Source of the DNA: Chrysomallon squamiferum
Taxonomy: Eukaryota > Animalia > Mollusca
Direction of reading: 5' to 3'
Length of the DNA: 64,000 nt
NCBI GenBank assembly: GCA_012295275.1
Contig: CM022679.1
Coordinates: forward strand, 9,238,001-9,302,000
The notes beneath the pieces were generated by a model. The model was not told where the DNA came from. It did no database searches and saw only the letters and a list, made by a program, of their open reading frames with translations. The position numbers were made by a program, and so were the translations under genes. Positions 12,706 through 26,632 of the stretch are shown here, piece after piece; the first letter of the stretch is position 1, and each line of letters starts with the position of its first letter.

Positions 12706-15700
12706 ATTTTTTTTTACAGTCTACTGTGGAAGAAAATAAAAATATGGCTACTAAACTTGAGATATTGCAGTCTGACTTGGAAGCAGAAGCAGCCAAAAAC
12801 CAGGAACTGTGTCAGGAACTCAGTTGTGTTCAGGACGAACTGTACACAGAGAGGAGTAGAATCGAAAATGTAGGTTCTATAAATCACATTATTAATAATA
12901 ATAATGGCAATTATATTCTGAAGATTTCGTAAAGTATATTCTTTAAATTACTTTCTCAGTAATAACAGTCTTTATTTTGTGAAGGTTTCATAATGCATAC
13001 TCTGTTAGAATATTTAATAATAATAAGTCTTTATATTCTGAAGATTTCATAATCTATACTCTGCTAGTAAATTTAATAATAATAAATCTTTATTTTCTGC
13101 AGAGGTCATAATCTATACTCTGTTAATTTATTCTTAATAATCATTAATTTCTGAAGATTTCATAATCTATTTTGTGTGAATATATTCTCAGTAATAATAA
13201 TAATAATAATAATAATCTTTATTTTGTAAAGATTTCACAATATATGTTTTAAATAATAATAAGCCTTTATTTTCTGAAGATTTTATAAGGTGAATATTGC
13301 ATTGCATTGCATTATATTATATTATTACCGATGTTATTATGATACTGATGTGAAAAAACCATGGATGTTCAGAACACCTGCATATTTAACCCATGTAAAT
13401 CATACTGGCTATGTTATTGAAGCATACTCTGTGCTACATAAGAATATAATTTACTATACAGTAATTTTTTATTAATATTTTTGGACTGAGTTTGGCCAAA
13501 ACCATGGATGCCATTAACAGACACTGCAGTATTATTGTTCTTGTTAAAACAGTCACTGGTCTAATCATTATTAATGTAGTCATTTTTATTAATGTTGTTG
13601 TTGTTATTGTTATTAATTATGATTAATATTAATATTGTTGTTGTTGTTGTTGTTATTATTATTGTTATTATTACTATTGTTATTACTATTATTATTGTTA
13701 TTTTTGCTATTACTGTTGTTATTGTTATTTTTACTATTACTGTTGTTATTGCTGTTATTGTTATTATTATTATTAATATCACTGTTTTGTTGTTGTTAAT
13801 GTTGTTGCTGTTTCAGATGAACTGTGAAATACTGAAGGTAAAGAAAGACAGAGATCAACATCAGTTATGGCTGACCAATGCTGAGCGAAAAATAAGTCAG
13901 TATTTTACCAACATACAAGAACTTGAAAAGGAAAAGAGAAAGGTAATTTACACACAAACACAGACTCACAAACAACACACACACAAACACACATACACTC
14001 TGTCACACATACACACATAAAATGTTGCTGTATATGTTTTTTATTATTTATATTAAATGGTTTTCTAAATATGATTTTTTTTTACGTCTCAGTAAACTAC
14101 TCATTTATTTTGTGTAAAAAAAAATAATAATAATAATAAAAATAAACCCAGATAGTTTAATGGTTGTATGTGTATTTGAATTGATTATATTTTTTGGTGT
14201 ATATCACAAATTAAACCAACGTACCTCTGAACAACCCTGACTTTGAAACAGATGAAAAAAAAAAACAACCCTACAATATAATTAGACAAGCTGATTTATA
14301 TATCATATATCACATTCATTTCACAAATAGCTTCATTCATTGCACAAAGCTAAAAAAAAATATATATATATATATATTTTTTTTTTTTGTGAAATTTTAA
14401 ATACTATAAATAATAAAAATATTAAGAAGCACACACAAAAGATTTGAACCTGTAAAAACAGACATAATGCTTCACAAAGCCAACTGACATTAACTTGAAA
14501 ATTGTACATCCACTACAAATATTCTTTGCTACATTTCAAAGCTAAGTTTTGAACAAATATTTCAAAACATATTATTTCAAAAGGTAACATTATTATTATT
14601 ATTATTATTATTATTTTAATTTTCAGATTGAGGAGGAAAAGACACTGTTACAGACAAAGTTGTGGGATATACAGGATCAGAAACACAGACTGTTTTCATC
14701 AAAACACGAAACAGAACGACGTTTTGAAAAACTTCAACAGAACTTTGAGAAACTCAAACTGGAAATAGACTTCAGCAAAATGGTATGAGCAAAACTTGGG
14801 TTTTTTTTTTATTAAATAAAGTCAAAAGTTACAGATCCCATAGTAAATTTCAAAGACTGTTTAATTTTAATATATATATATATATATATATTATTTTATT
14901 CGTTTCTAAGATAAAATGGATATCTGATTACAGATTTAATAAACTGTAATTTTGTAGAATATCAGAAATCATTCAGCAGTGAAATATTTCAGAATGTATT
15001 AAGTATCCGTAGCTGGTGTATATTCTAGAACAATGATTCACTCAACATGTTGGATGGACACAGTTTTGTCAAAAGTTAAGATAGATTTACTGTTAAACAG
15101 AAAACATTTTAAAATATTTTTTTATATATATATTTACATAAATACAAGTATTTATTTTTATTTTGTGTTTCATTTTTTTTTTTTTTTTTTTTTTAGCAGT
15201 CTGGTAGAGAAAGTGTTGGAGAAAAGCTAAAAAGACATGCCCAGTATTCACCTAGCCTCCATGACCTTGATCCATTTTTAGAAAAAGGTAAAAAAAAAGA
15301 AAAGAAAAAAAATCATTTGACTGCTTTAACAGTCACAGAATAATGAATTAAAACAACATTTCCTGTCTGTCATCAAAGATATTATCAACTTCAGTCATTG
15401 TTTACATTTTTACGATATCCACCATTTTCAGTGATTTCACCGGGAACACGTCCGATATTAAGTGTAAACCAAAATTTCTGTACACATTAAAATGCAGTCA
15501 GACTCCTTCTTATAGTTTTTAAATTTTGGTGGGGGGGGGTCTTTTATGAATTGTTTCTTAGATTTGTTTTTATTTTATAAATCATTTCTCAGGTTTCTAT
15601 TGTCTTTTATGAATCATTTCTCAGGTGGGTTTTTTTGTGAATCATTTTTCAGATTTCTTTTGTCTTTTATGAATCATTTCTGAGGTTTTTTGTCTTTTAC

Positions 15701-18700
15701 GAATTATTTCTCAGATTTCTTTTGTCTTTTATGAATCATTTCTCAGATTATTTCCTGTATTTTATGAATCATTTCTCAGATTTCTTTTGTCTTTTATGAA
15801 TCATTTCTCAGATTTCTCTTGTTTTTATGAATCATTTCTCACATTTCTTTCGTCAACAGTTCATTTCTCACATTTCTTTCGTCAACAGTTCATTTCTCAC
15901 ATTTCTTTTGTCTTTTATGAATCATTTCGCAGATTTCTCTTGTCTTTTATGAATCACTACATTTTAATTTACAGCTTATGGGGGTTATCATTCCAAAAGT
16001 TTAATTTTTCAATTTTAAAAGAAGTTAAAAAAAAAGTCTCAATACACAGAGCATCTTGGTTCTGGTAGTGAGACAGTTAAGTCAAATGTTAAAAACATTA
16101 AGTTAAGATAATTGTATTGGAAAGTCTTGTTGAAAATCTGTTCACAGATTTATTTCATGTTGCTTACTTATTACTGAGGCGTCGTTAAAGAACAAATATT
16201 TTAAATTTAAAAAATAAGTAATGAATAAATATTTGGTAGAAATATAATAGGTCAGTAGATCCAATGCTCTATATAATCAGTATATTGCAAAAGTATTAAT
16301 TAATTAAATATATAATCACAATCGTTTAATGTGTGTATCACAGCTTTATTGTAAGACATCATTTTGCACGCTAACTCAAAATTATAATTAATGTAGTTTT
16401 AATAAACTAGAGTTCTCTCTTTGACAAGCCTCATTTAAAATAACAAAACTAAAAACAGTAATAATGAATATTATTAATGGCATCAGAGGTTGATTGACTT
16501 CAAGAATATTTAAAAAAATTAAAAAAAAGTCTGTTTTATATTTGTAATGATTTATGTTATAAAAAGAATAATAATAACATTTCAGTCTCAACAGAATTAT
16601 CAGAAACAAAACAAAAACCCATGTCTGTTAAATGGGTGTCAAAAAAGCCTTTAGAAAACTTGAAGCAGAAACCAGCCTACTTAGTGGAAACTATTCGAAA
16701 AGAAAAAGCACCCAGACCTAGGATACCAATAAAACCTCAACAAACTGCAACTACATGCTTGCCTTGTAGCCAGTTCCAACCTGCTGGAGAGCCAGCAATA
16801 GATCACAACAATTCCTGGAAGTTTGTGACAAGAATGGAAGGTCAGGATGATCTTGATCTGGATCAAGATTGGTACAATAATACTCATGTAGAGGGCCCAT
16901 GTAGTGAAACCCATCCTCAGATTCCTGCTAATAGCATGGGTTTAGCTTGAACAAAAATAATACAGACCATCATTTCTGAATAGAATGTTCTTTGGTATTT
17001 GGTAGATCTTTGCATATTCACTTCAGCATACAGACATATCTCTAGCTATTTATACAGTAGATCATCAGAGGGTCATTATCATAATTACAACCATATAACC
17101 AGCTTGCCATTTGCAGTAGTCAAACAGTGGCCAAATTTAATTAACTTGTCTTGTAGAGTCAAGCTATAATCATAATTATGTCTAGTCAACTAATAATCAT
17201 AATTATGAAGTCAGCTTGATGTATGTCAATAATCATAATTATATACTCATTCATTATCTGTAGTCAACTAATAATCATAATTATGAAGTCAGCTTGTTGT
17301 ATGTCAATAATTCTAATTATATAGTCATTTATTTTGTGTAGTCAATTAATCATAATTAGGAAGTCAACTTGTTTTATGTCAATAATTATATAGTCATTCA
17401 TTATGTGTAGTCAACTAATAATCATAATTACGAAGAGAGCTTGATGTATGTCAGTAATTAAAATTATATAGTCATTTATTATGTGATTATGTGTAGTCAG
17501 CTAATAATCATAATTTTGAAGTCAGCTTGTATGTCAATAATTATAATTATATAGTCATTTATTATGTGTAATCAACTAATAATCATGATTATGAAGTCAG
17601 CGTGTTGTCATAAAGTCAATCATTATAATTATATGGTCATTTATTATGGGTAGTCAATTAATAATCATAATTATATAGTCACTTGTCATATGTAGTCAAC
17701 CAGTAATCATAATTCAGTAGTTTTATTATATGCAAGCAACCAATGTACACAATTATGTAGCCATTTGTTATATGTAGTGGATCAATAATCATAATTCTAT
17801 AGCCACTTGTTATATGTATTCCACTACTAATCATAATAAGTTAACTTGTCATGTATAGTCAAGTGATAATCATAACTGAATAGTCACTTGACATATGTAG
17901 TCAGCTTGATGTAATCAACCAGCAGTCATAATTATGTAGTCACTTGTCAGATATAGTCAACATATGTAGTCATTTGTCATATAGTTAATCAATGATCCTA
18001 TTTGTGTTGTCAGCTTAATTACTGTAATTATATATTCAAATATAGTCAACCAATACTGATAAATATGAAGTCATTTGTTATATGTGCTTAACCAGTAATT
18101 ATGATAATGCATGTCAGTTTGTTGTTATTGTAGAGCTGACAAGTAGTCATATTAGTCATGGTTAATACTTAATCTAGATATCAGTTACCATAACAAATCA
18201 TTCAGTTTATAGTCAACCATTATTAAGTAAATCTTTACAAGTCCGTGATTATTATCATTTTCACCTGTGTTATATTAATCACAATAATCAATTATTAATC
18301 ACTTTTCATACATTTGTAATCGAGGGATTTAAAGTAAACAATTTAGTCATTAGTAATTAACTTTTCAGTATTTTAGTTAGTGTCTAAAATTAGCTAGCCC
18401 AGACAACATGCTTAACATATGAAACCTTGAGTAGAGCATCAACTAGAATGGGAAAAACCAGAACTGAGTAGATTGAATTAGAAATGCAAAATAATTTATT
18501 ATAATATTAATTTTGTTCAAGTAGTTACCAATATTTAAATGTTTGTGTTCAGTATTGTTTACATACAGATTTACGTCATATTCACTGACATACACTTTAT
18601 TCTGTATACCAGTTTAGACATTCTGTGTTAAATATACATTTTTAAGGTACTGAAAAAAAGAAAAATCATTTGTTTAGTTTTCTGTTAGGGAAAAATGCAT

Positions 18701-21296
18701 AGCATTTTGGATAACTCAGAAATGAGCTGCAGAAACACACACACACACACTCTCTCTCTCTCTTTCTCTCAAATGACCTTTCCTTCTCCTTTTCATTTTA
18801 TCAATCTGTCTGTCTTAATAAAATTTTCTTTTTTCAGTTTCCTTTTCCCGTATGTTCCTGAGTTTAAACTTACAAAAATATCCTAATCTTCTTCATTTTT
18901 TATATTTATCATATATTATTATATTTAATGAATTTGCATATTTGGACATAGCTTTTTTTTTCTCTTTCTCTCCTTTAACATTTTTATTGTTAGCTGTTTA
19001 TATTTAACATTAAATGAATTAATATGCACATAGTTGGCTACAGCTATATCTAGTAACCTATGTAACATAAAAGTTTCAACTGACACTTTTTGTATAAATA
19101 ACACCTTTTTTTGAGATGGTCAGAGGAATCTGTGATCATAAACTGAATTTTATGTCTATATTTGTATTATTATTATGTTTACTATTATTATTATTGTTAT
19201 TATTATTATTATTATTACTTTCATTATTATTACTTTTAATATTATTGTTGTTATTACTTTTATTATTATTACTTTTAATATTGTTATTTTATTATTATTA
19301 TAACTTATTATTATTATTAGTTATTACTATTATTACTTTTATTATTATTATTATTATTATTATCATTACTATTATTATTATTATTATTAAATAAATAAAT
19401 AAATAACGAATCTAAGAAACCAGTCTATTTATACTTAATTACAGTTGCTAACTATTGTTTATCTTTATAAATACTTTTCTTCTTCTTAATATTAATTCTA
19501 GATGAGCCTAATTCCTGTACAAAATCCAACTCCTCCAATGGATCATATGATCTGAATGTTGACTTTGATGTCTTTGCTTTGTGCAAGGATCTTTTAGAGA
19601 AAGATTCACCGATACACCAGTGGTAAGAACTGAACAAAAAAAATTAACCATTGTTATTGGCTTGTGTTAACCGTTTTTTTTTTATTATAAAAAATGATAA
19701 TCTGTTTTTAATGTATTTTACATAATCTGATCTCATGCATGTCCATGGCCAATAAAACTAATAAGAAAATAAAGAGGATAAAAACCAAAAAACCCACCAA
19801 AATAACATTCAGACAATGGAACAGAGCTGAAATCAGTGCCAATACAGAAGGCATGCTTATGCCTGCTTCACATGTTTTTAATGAGGTGTGATACCAGCAT
19901 ATGATGACAGTGTGTAGCAACTACAAATCCATATTATTTTTATATAGATGTATGAAATTGTTTATACAAAATGCCTGTATTACTGATTTATATTTTTTGG
20001 CTTTATGGTAAGTGTACAGTGCCATACTGTTCAAATGATATCTTTTCCCACTGAGGTAATTAAAAACTCATAAAATGTAGAGTATGAGTCTTTATGGGTT
20101 TTTTTTATGAAGTCTTTTTTTGAAGATGAAGATGATTGGAAAAGTTAGATGATAACAAACCAAAACTCAGTACCATTATTTGATAGTTTAATATTTAATA
20201 ATATCTTCAGTCTGAAAGTATCTTTTCAGATGACAGATAATATTACAACAAACTATATATATATATATATTTATGTTAACAATTATATTTCTATTTTTTT
20301 AGGCTTGTTTCTATGAATCAAGATGCAGCTTCCAATGAAATTACTGAAGCCATGTTGAAATCTGGTAATGAAGGGAAATTAATCTAATTTTGTTTTAATG
20401 CTTTTAATTTAAAAATAAAAACATTATGCAATGTCCACATACATTTTTTCCAGTGGAGACAAAACATAATAAAATACAAAACAAAATAAAAGTGACATGT
20501 GTACTGACTGAAAAATATACATGAACAACAATTTAAGGTCCAGATCCAGATGGGGATGACTTACCTCCCTTTATCTTCTTGTTGCAGACGTTAACTACAT
20601 TAACTACTATTTGTTTCTTTAAAGTTTACATGCAAGACAATCATGACCATGATGGTAACAAAAAATAATGATGATATCAATAGCTATAATAATAATAATA
20701 ATAATATTTTAGACTTTATTTGTAATGTTATTGTTTTAGACAGTCAGCTGATGGGAGACAATGTAACATCATTCAGCTCAATGTTTATCAGGTTTGTTGT
20801 TTTGATATTAGTATCACCTACCTAACATATATATATATATATATATATATGATTGATCTGAAAATATGTGATATCAAATAAAAGAATAAATCTGCCCTGT
20901 TGGCATTGTTGTTAAATCAAACTGTTTTTTTTTGTTTTTTCTTATTCCTGAGATTTGTCTAGATAATTTCATTAATAATATTTCAGCTGAATCGGATAAA
21001 ATAAAAATTTGTGTATGTAAAAAGAATAAAATAATATGGCTGTTGTTTAATCAAACCTTAGTGTGAGCGTGTATGTTTGTATGTATAGAATAAACTGATA
21101 CATACATCTTTTGTGTTCTTGATGGCTTTTTCTGATCATAATTTAAAAAACTTCAGAAAAATCAATCATTTATCTCGATTTTAACATTTGATATTTGTTA
21201 TTTATTATTATCATTGTTTATTTATTTATTTATTTATTTATTATTTAAATATTTGTATATTATTATTATTATCATTATCATTATTTTTTTAATTGA

Positions 21297-21344
<48 letters not shown>

Positions 21345-21757
21345 TTTATTACTGCTGTTATTGTGTTGATGTTGTTTTTATTTATTTATTATACAGATCT
21401 AAGGTGTCCTATGACAACAGGAAGATAGATGGTTCAATACCAGTGAAGGAGGGTGACATTTTGTTTGTGAATGAAGAAAAAGATGACCAGAACATACATG
21501 TGGTCAAAGTTGAGCCGATGTCTGGACATCGTATGAAAGCAAAAGGAACAATTCCAAACAGCAAAGAGTAAGTTAATTCAGATAATTAAAATCTTCAGAC
21601 AGTTTCACAGATATATCTTAAGACCGTTTTATGTCATATGTCATCAGGCTATTTCATGTTTGAAATAATCTTCAGGCCATATTATATATCCAGATCAGCT
21701 CAGATCAGTTCAGATTAGATATTTGTACCACAGTTCATGGTTCATATCTTCAGACCA

Positions 21758-21790
<33 letters not shown>

Positions 21791-24700
21791 GATCATTTCA
21801 CACGTTATAAATCTGATATCTTCAGTTTGACAACTTCGCAAATATATCTTCAAACAATTTGACATTATTACCTTCAAGTATTTTACATTTGTGTCTCTTC
21901 ATAACATTTTACATGTTATATATTTTCAGACCATTTCAAAAGTATGTCGGGCTTGTTCACTTGTTATATTTTTTGACTACTGCAAGTTACAGTCAGATTA
22001 CATGTCAAGTTTTACCTGCACCTGCTGTTTTTTCAGTCTGTGTCACATGTTCATCTTCAGTAATGAAGTATTTTGATTTTTTGTGTTGTTATTATTTTTC
22101 AGGATATGGAAATGGTGTTCAACTTTTGGCGGCTCAGAAGACGTAAAAGGACAATGTGGATTAATGAGAAGACCAGCATTCAGAAGAACTGAATGTAAAG
22201 ATAGACAGACAGACAAACATACATACATACATATGTATATATTAGATTCTTTAAGAAATCAGTTTATATCTATATTTACTGAAGATAACTTCAGTTAACT
22301 TAATATAAAGAAATTTAGTGGGGTTTTTTTCTTTCTTAATCATTCAATATATGATGTCCTAATTTTCTTTATTATGAAACTGTTGTTTTACTAGGATAGT
22401 ACTATAATTTTGAAATTCAAAGTCTTCCTATGTAACTGAAACTTAATAACAAAAAAGAAGAATCTTAAGATAATGCATTCAGTTTTAGTTTAAAATAATT
22501 AATGAAAATATTTAGAAAATTTGTTTTCATTTTCTTTTTAACTAAAATATCAGCACTCAGAAATATATAGCCTTCTCATTACTTTTCAGTAATTTAGACA
22601 ATCAAACAATGTGTTCAGTTTTTCTTAATGAAAATATATTAAAAATTCCTTTTCGTACATTTGTTGAAATAACAAACGCAAACAAATAAATATTCTTTTT
22701 TTACTTTTTTTGTTGTAATTTTATAAATTAAATAACGTCTTTTTATTTCAGCTGTTCCTTACGAAGTTGTACTTCCAATGAAAGGTTTGTTATTGTTTCT
22801 TGTGCCTTGTAATATAATGAAATACTCCTTAAATAAATGAACCTACAGCAACCTGGGATAAGCATGAAGGTGATATTATTAATAGAAGCAAATAAAAATG
22901 GCAGCAATACAATATAATCAAAATTATCAGTATCTGTTTCAAGGTCTTATTAATGATAAGACCTGCATTCAGAAGAACTGAATAACTTGGTTTGTATAAT
23001 TGCTATTTTTAGCATGTTTTGTATGTTTGTATTGTTCTGTCATACACTATTATTACAAACAGTTAGAGTTTAACATATATATACAGACTACAGTATATAA
23101 AAATATATATATATATATATACAGAAGATGCATTGTTAAATTAATGATTTGTTTGCAGATATTTTTAGAAAATATGAAAATTTTTATGAAGTTGAACATT
23201 TAGAATGTTCATGAATATAGGTGATAAATATTCATTTTTCAGCAAAACACAACATTCCTGTGATTGTCTTTGGCAATGAACACTTCATTCTTCCTGTTCT
23301 TGAACTGCTCGAAACCAGGTGTCAGAGCTGGGCTAAAATTTGTTTGGGTAAAGTTTGTTTACAAAAAGACCCACAAACAACCAATAAAAAAGCAAAATAA
23401 ATAAATAAATTAATAAATATATAAAATAAAAAAAAGATAAGAGAGCACTTGCAGCTTATAGTTAATTGTTATTAACATATTTGCATCATTAAAAAAGAAA
23501 AAATGACTTGATTTTTTATTTCTTTGCTGCTGCTGAAGTGGAATATTTTTGTTTCGTAGAAATTTGTAGATTTATATAAACCAAATTTAGATTAAATTCT
23601 GGAATGGTATAATTTTGTTTAATAAAAAAGTGACATAAATTTATAATAATAAATGATAATAAAATCTTCACACAGTAAAAATAAGAATTGAAATTAAGTA
23701 ATTTTTTTAATATTTTTATTTCAGACTTGGTAGCTCCAGAATGGAAGGAAATGGTGGATGATGTGAGTTTGTTCATTCAACAGATTTAGGATTTTATTAA
23801 TATTTTTTAATTTTTTTTTAAATGTAGAATTTCACTGTTATCTTTGGTATATATTAAGTATGATTTTTCTTAAATACCATTGTATTTATTCAGTTTTAGT
23901 TTTATTTATTTTATACAGTCAAGTAAATAATGCAACATTAAAATAAATAAATGTGTTTAAAAATACAAGAAAGTGAAAACAGCTATTTCCATTGTGGTTT
24001 GAAAGTAAATGAAACAGGATTATCAAATTTCAGTCAAAAGTAAAATTATTTTTCAGATAATTGTTTCCTTTGTTTTGTGTAAATTTATAACTAACATTCA
24101 TTCCTGTATTTAATCCATTTACAAAACAAAGTTCATTAAATAATTAAGTGTAAAATGTAAGCAGAGAGGCTGTTAAATAATTTTTTCTACTGAACAAAAC
24201 AGAAGCCATAGATAATTCATTTTGTGTAATGTACAAAACAATACTTAACATATTCCATTGAAAATAAAATTATCTAGTAAAGGGCAACATTCAGATAGTG
24301 TTGAATAAAACTAAATTACTGTCACAATTTTTGTTTTATTTTTATAAAATTTTTAATGCTAAATATTCCATTAAAGCTGACCATATTTTTTAAAAAGAAT
24401 TTATGATATATTTTATTTAAGAAATATCACTGGATTTTCTCAAGATGTCGCACGCATATGAAAAACAAGGATTTTCACAAGTACATTTTGATTGGAATCA
24501 ATTCGTTTGAATCTGACAACTATGAAGAATCCATCAGGTTTGTAATAGTTAAAGAAATATAAATTGATTTCATTTTATTAATAGTATTATATTTTTTCTT
24601 ACTTTTTATCTTTTTTATATATTTTTTTTTATTTACCCATAATTTCTTTTTAATGATAAAAATAAATAATAAAGCTCGTTTTATTCTTCTTCTACAGATT

Positions 24701-25730
24701 AACTTTATCTTGGTTTCAAATCAATAAATGAATATATAGTTTTTTCACTATAAATAAATATAAATGTTTCTGTTTGAACATCTTAAGTCATGAACTGATC
24801 GAATATTATATAAAGTTTATTAATGTAAAGAATGAGTTTTTTTTTATTTTTTTTTTTTTTTTCATTGCCTCTGTATAAGTGATTTAATAATTATTTGATT
24901 TCAGTTATTACAAATTATCATTATATTCTAAAAGACAAAACCTACTGCTGCCATTTTATGTACTATTCCTACTGATTAGCATAAGATACTTCATATGCAC
25001 CTTCTCACAGATTATAAAATTTAATATATCCTTTGTGAAAATAACTTAGGATATATCATTTGTGAAAATCATCTTTGATATATCATTCATGAAAAAACCT
25101 TTAACATATATCATTTGTGAAAATAACATTTAATGTATTGTGAAAATAACCTTTGACATATCATTTGTGAAAAAAAAAACTTTGACATCATCTGTGAAAA
25201 TAATCATTGATGTTTCGTTTGTGAAAATACCACTGACATATATTATTTGTGAAAATAACCTTTTAATATTATTGGTGAAAATAACCTTTGACAATATCAT
25301 TTGTGAAAATAACCTTTGATGTATCATCATGTTTGAAGATTTCCATTTTGGTTCATTCTACACAGCAGTTACTGGAGGTAATTGTAAAAATATATGTATG
25401 TTAACTGATACATGTAATGAGCAAAGTCGGTATTTGTTATTTATTTGGTAAAAACAATATAAATTAATACATTTGTTTTAAAATAAAAATAGATGATAAT
25501 ATGTAAATTGTTTGATTGCAGAAACATTTTTGGTGATGACCTGATAGAAAAATATGGGATGTTACAGAAAGAAGATGATTATTTAGGGGAAAAGGAAACA
25601 TTCTACCATAAACATGGATGCCATTGTGGTATGTTTGCAGTGTTTTATATATATATCTTCATTTGTGTAAATTATTGATGTTATATTTTATATTTTTTAA
25701 TATTATTTTTTTTTACTGTATTTATTTCAT

Positions 25731-25773
<43 letters not shown>

Positions 25774-25987
25774 TATATACTTTTTTTTTTAAATATTATA
25801 TTATATATATCTTTATTTTGTGTAAAATGTAGATGTGTTTTTTATTTTTTATATTAATTTTATTTATTTATTTATTTTTATTATTATTATAATATGGATA
25901 AATATACATTTATATATATATAGATGTATATTTATCCATATAATAATAATAATAAATAAATAAATTATTAATAATATGAGATATATA

Positions 25988-26018
<31 letters not shown>

Positions 26019-26595
26019 CGTCAGGCATTTTGGGGGAGTGTTTCTTACATTTTTTGCTATTTTTTATCATTGTTAAAATAAAATGAACTTCGTTATAATT
26101 TGGCTGATTGTAATCAGTGGTATTTACTTCCTGTTATTAATTAATTTTAAACGTAAATGTATCAGATATTTTTGCTTTCGTCTTTACACTGATTGGTTAT
26201 AAGGCAACGAACATTTGAATTAAAAGATTTTGGCTCGAAAAAAGACTTTTCTTTAAAGTTCCTGCTATGAATGAGTCTAAGATTATCAAACGAAATCTTC
26301 ATTGACTTTTGAGTGGTATCATTAGACTTAACAGTACGTAATTCTTGACAAAAAAAATCAAATCAAAATTTTACATTATTAATATGTTAAATAATATATA
26401 ATTATTTTTGGCCACTTTCATAGTTAAATAATTAAAGAATTTTTTGGTTTTCTTTCACTGTAAAACTTACAATCTAGTCATTATTATGCAGTTTCATTTT
26501 GTTTTATTAATTGACGTAAATATGGTTTTCTTTTCATACTAAACATCAAAAATTTTTTTTATTATTTTTATTTCCTGCTGGTTACTTTTCAATCT

Positions 26596-26632
<37 letters not shown>

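Noticed and set aside
13561-13816. Hydrophobic poly-I/V/L ORFs (also 19116-19394, 38102-38510 and 45335-45550) as membrane proteins
   Set aside because: They are translations of (TTA/TTG)n microsatellites.
26166-26334. Possible extra GUK exon in the CARD gene
   Set aside because: The phase-compatible frames contain stops, and the flanking exons already join in frame.
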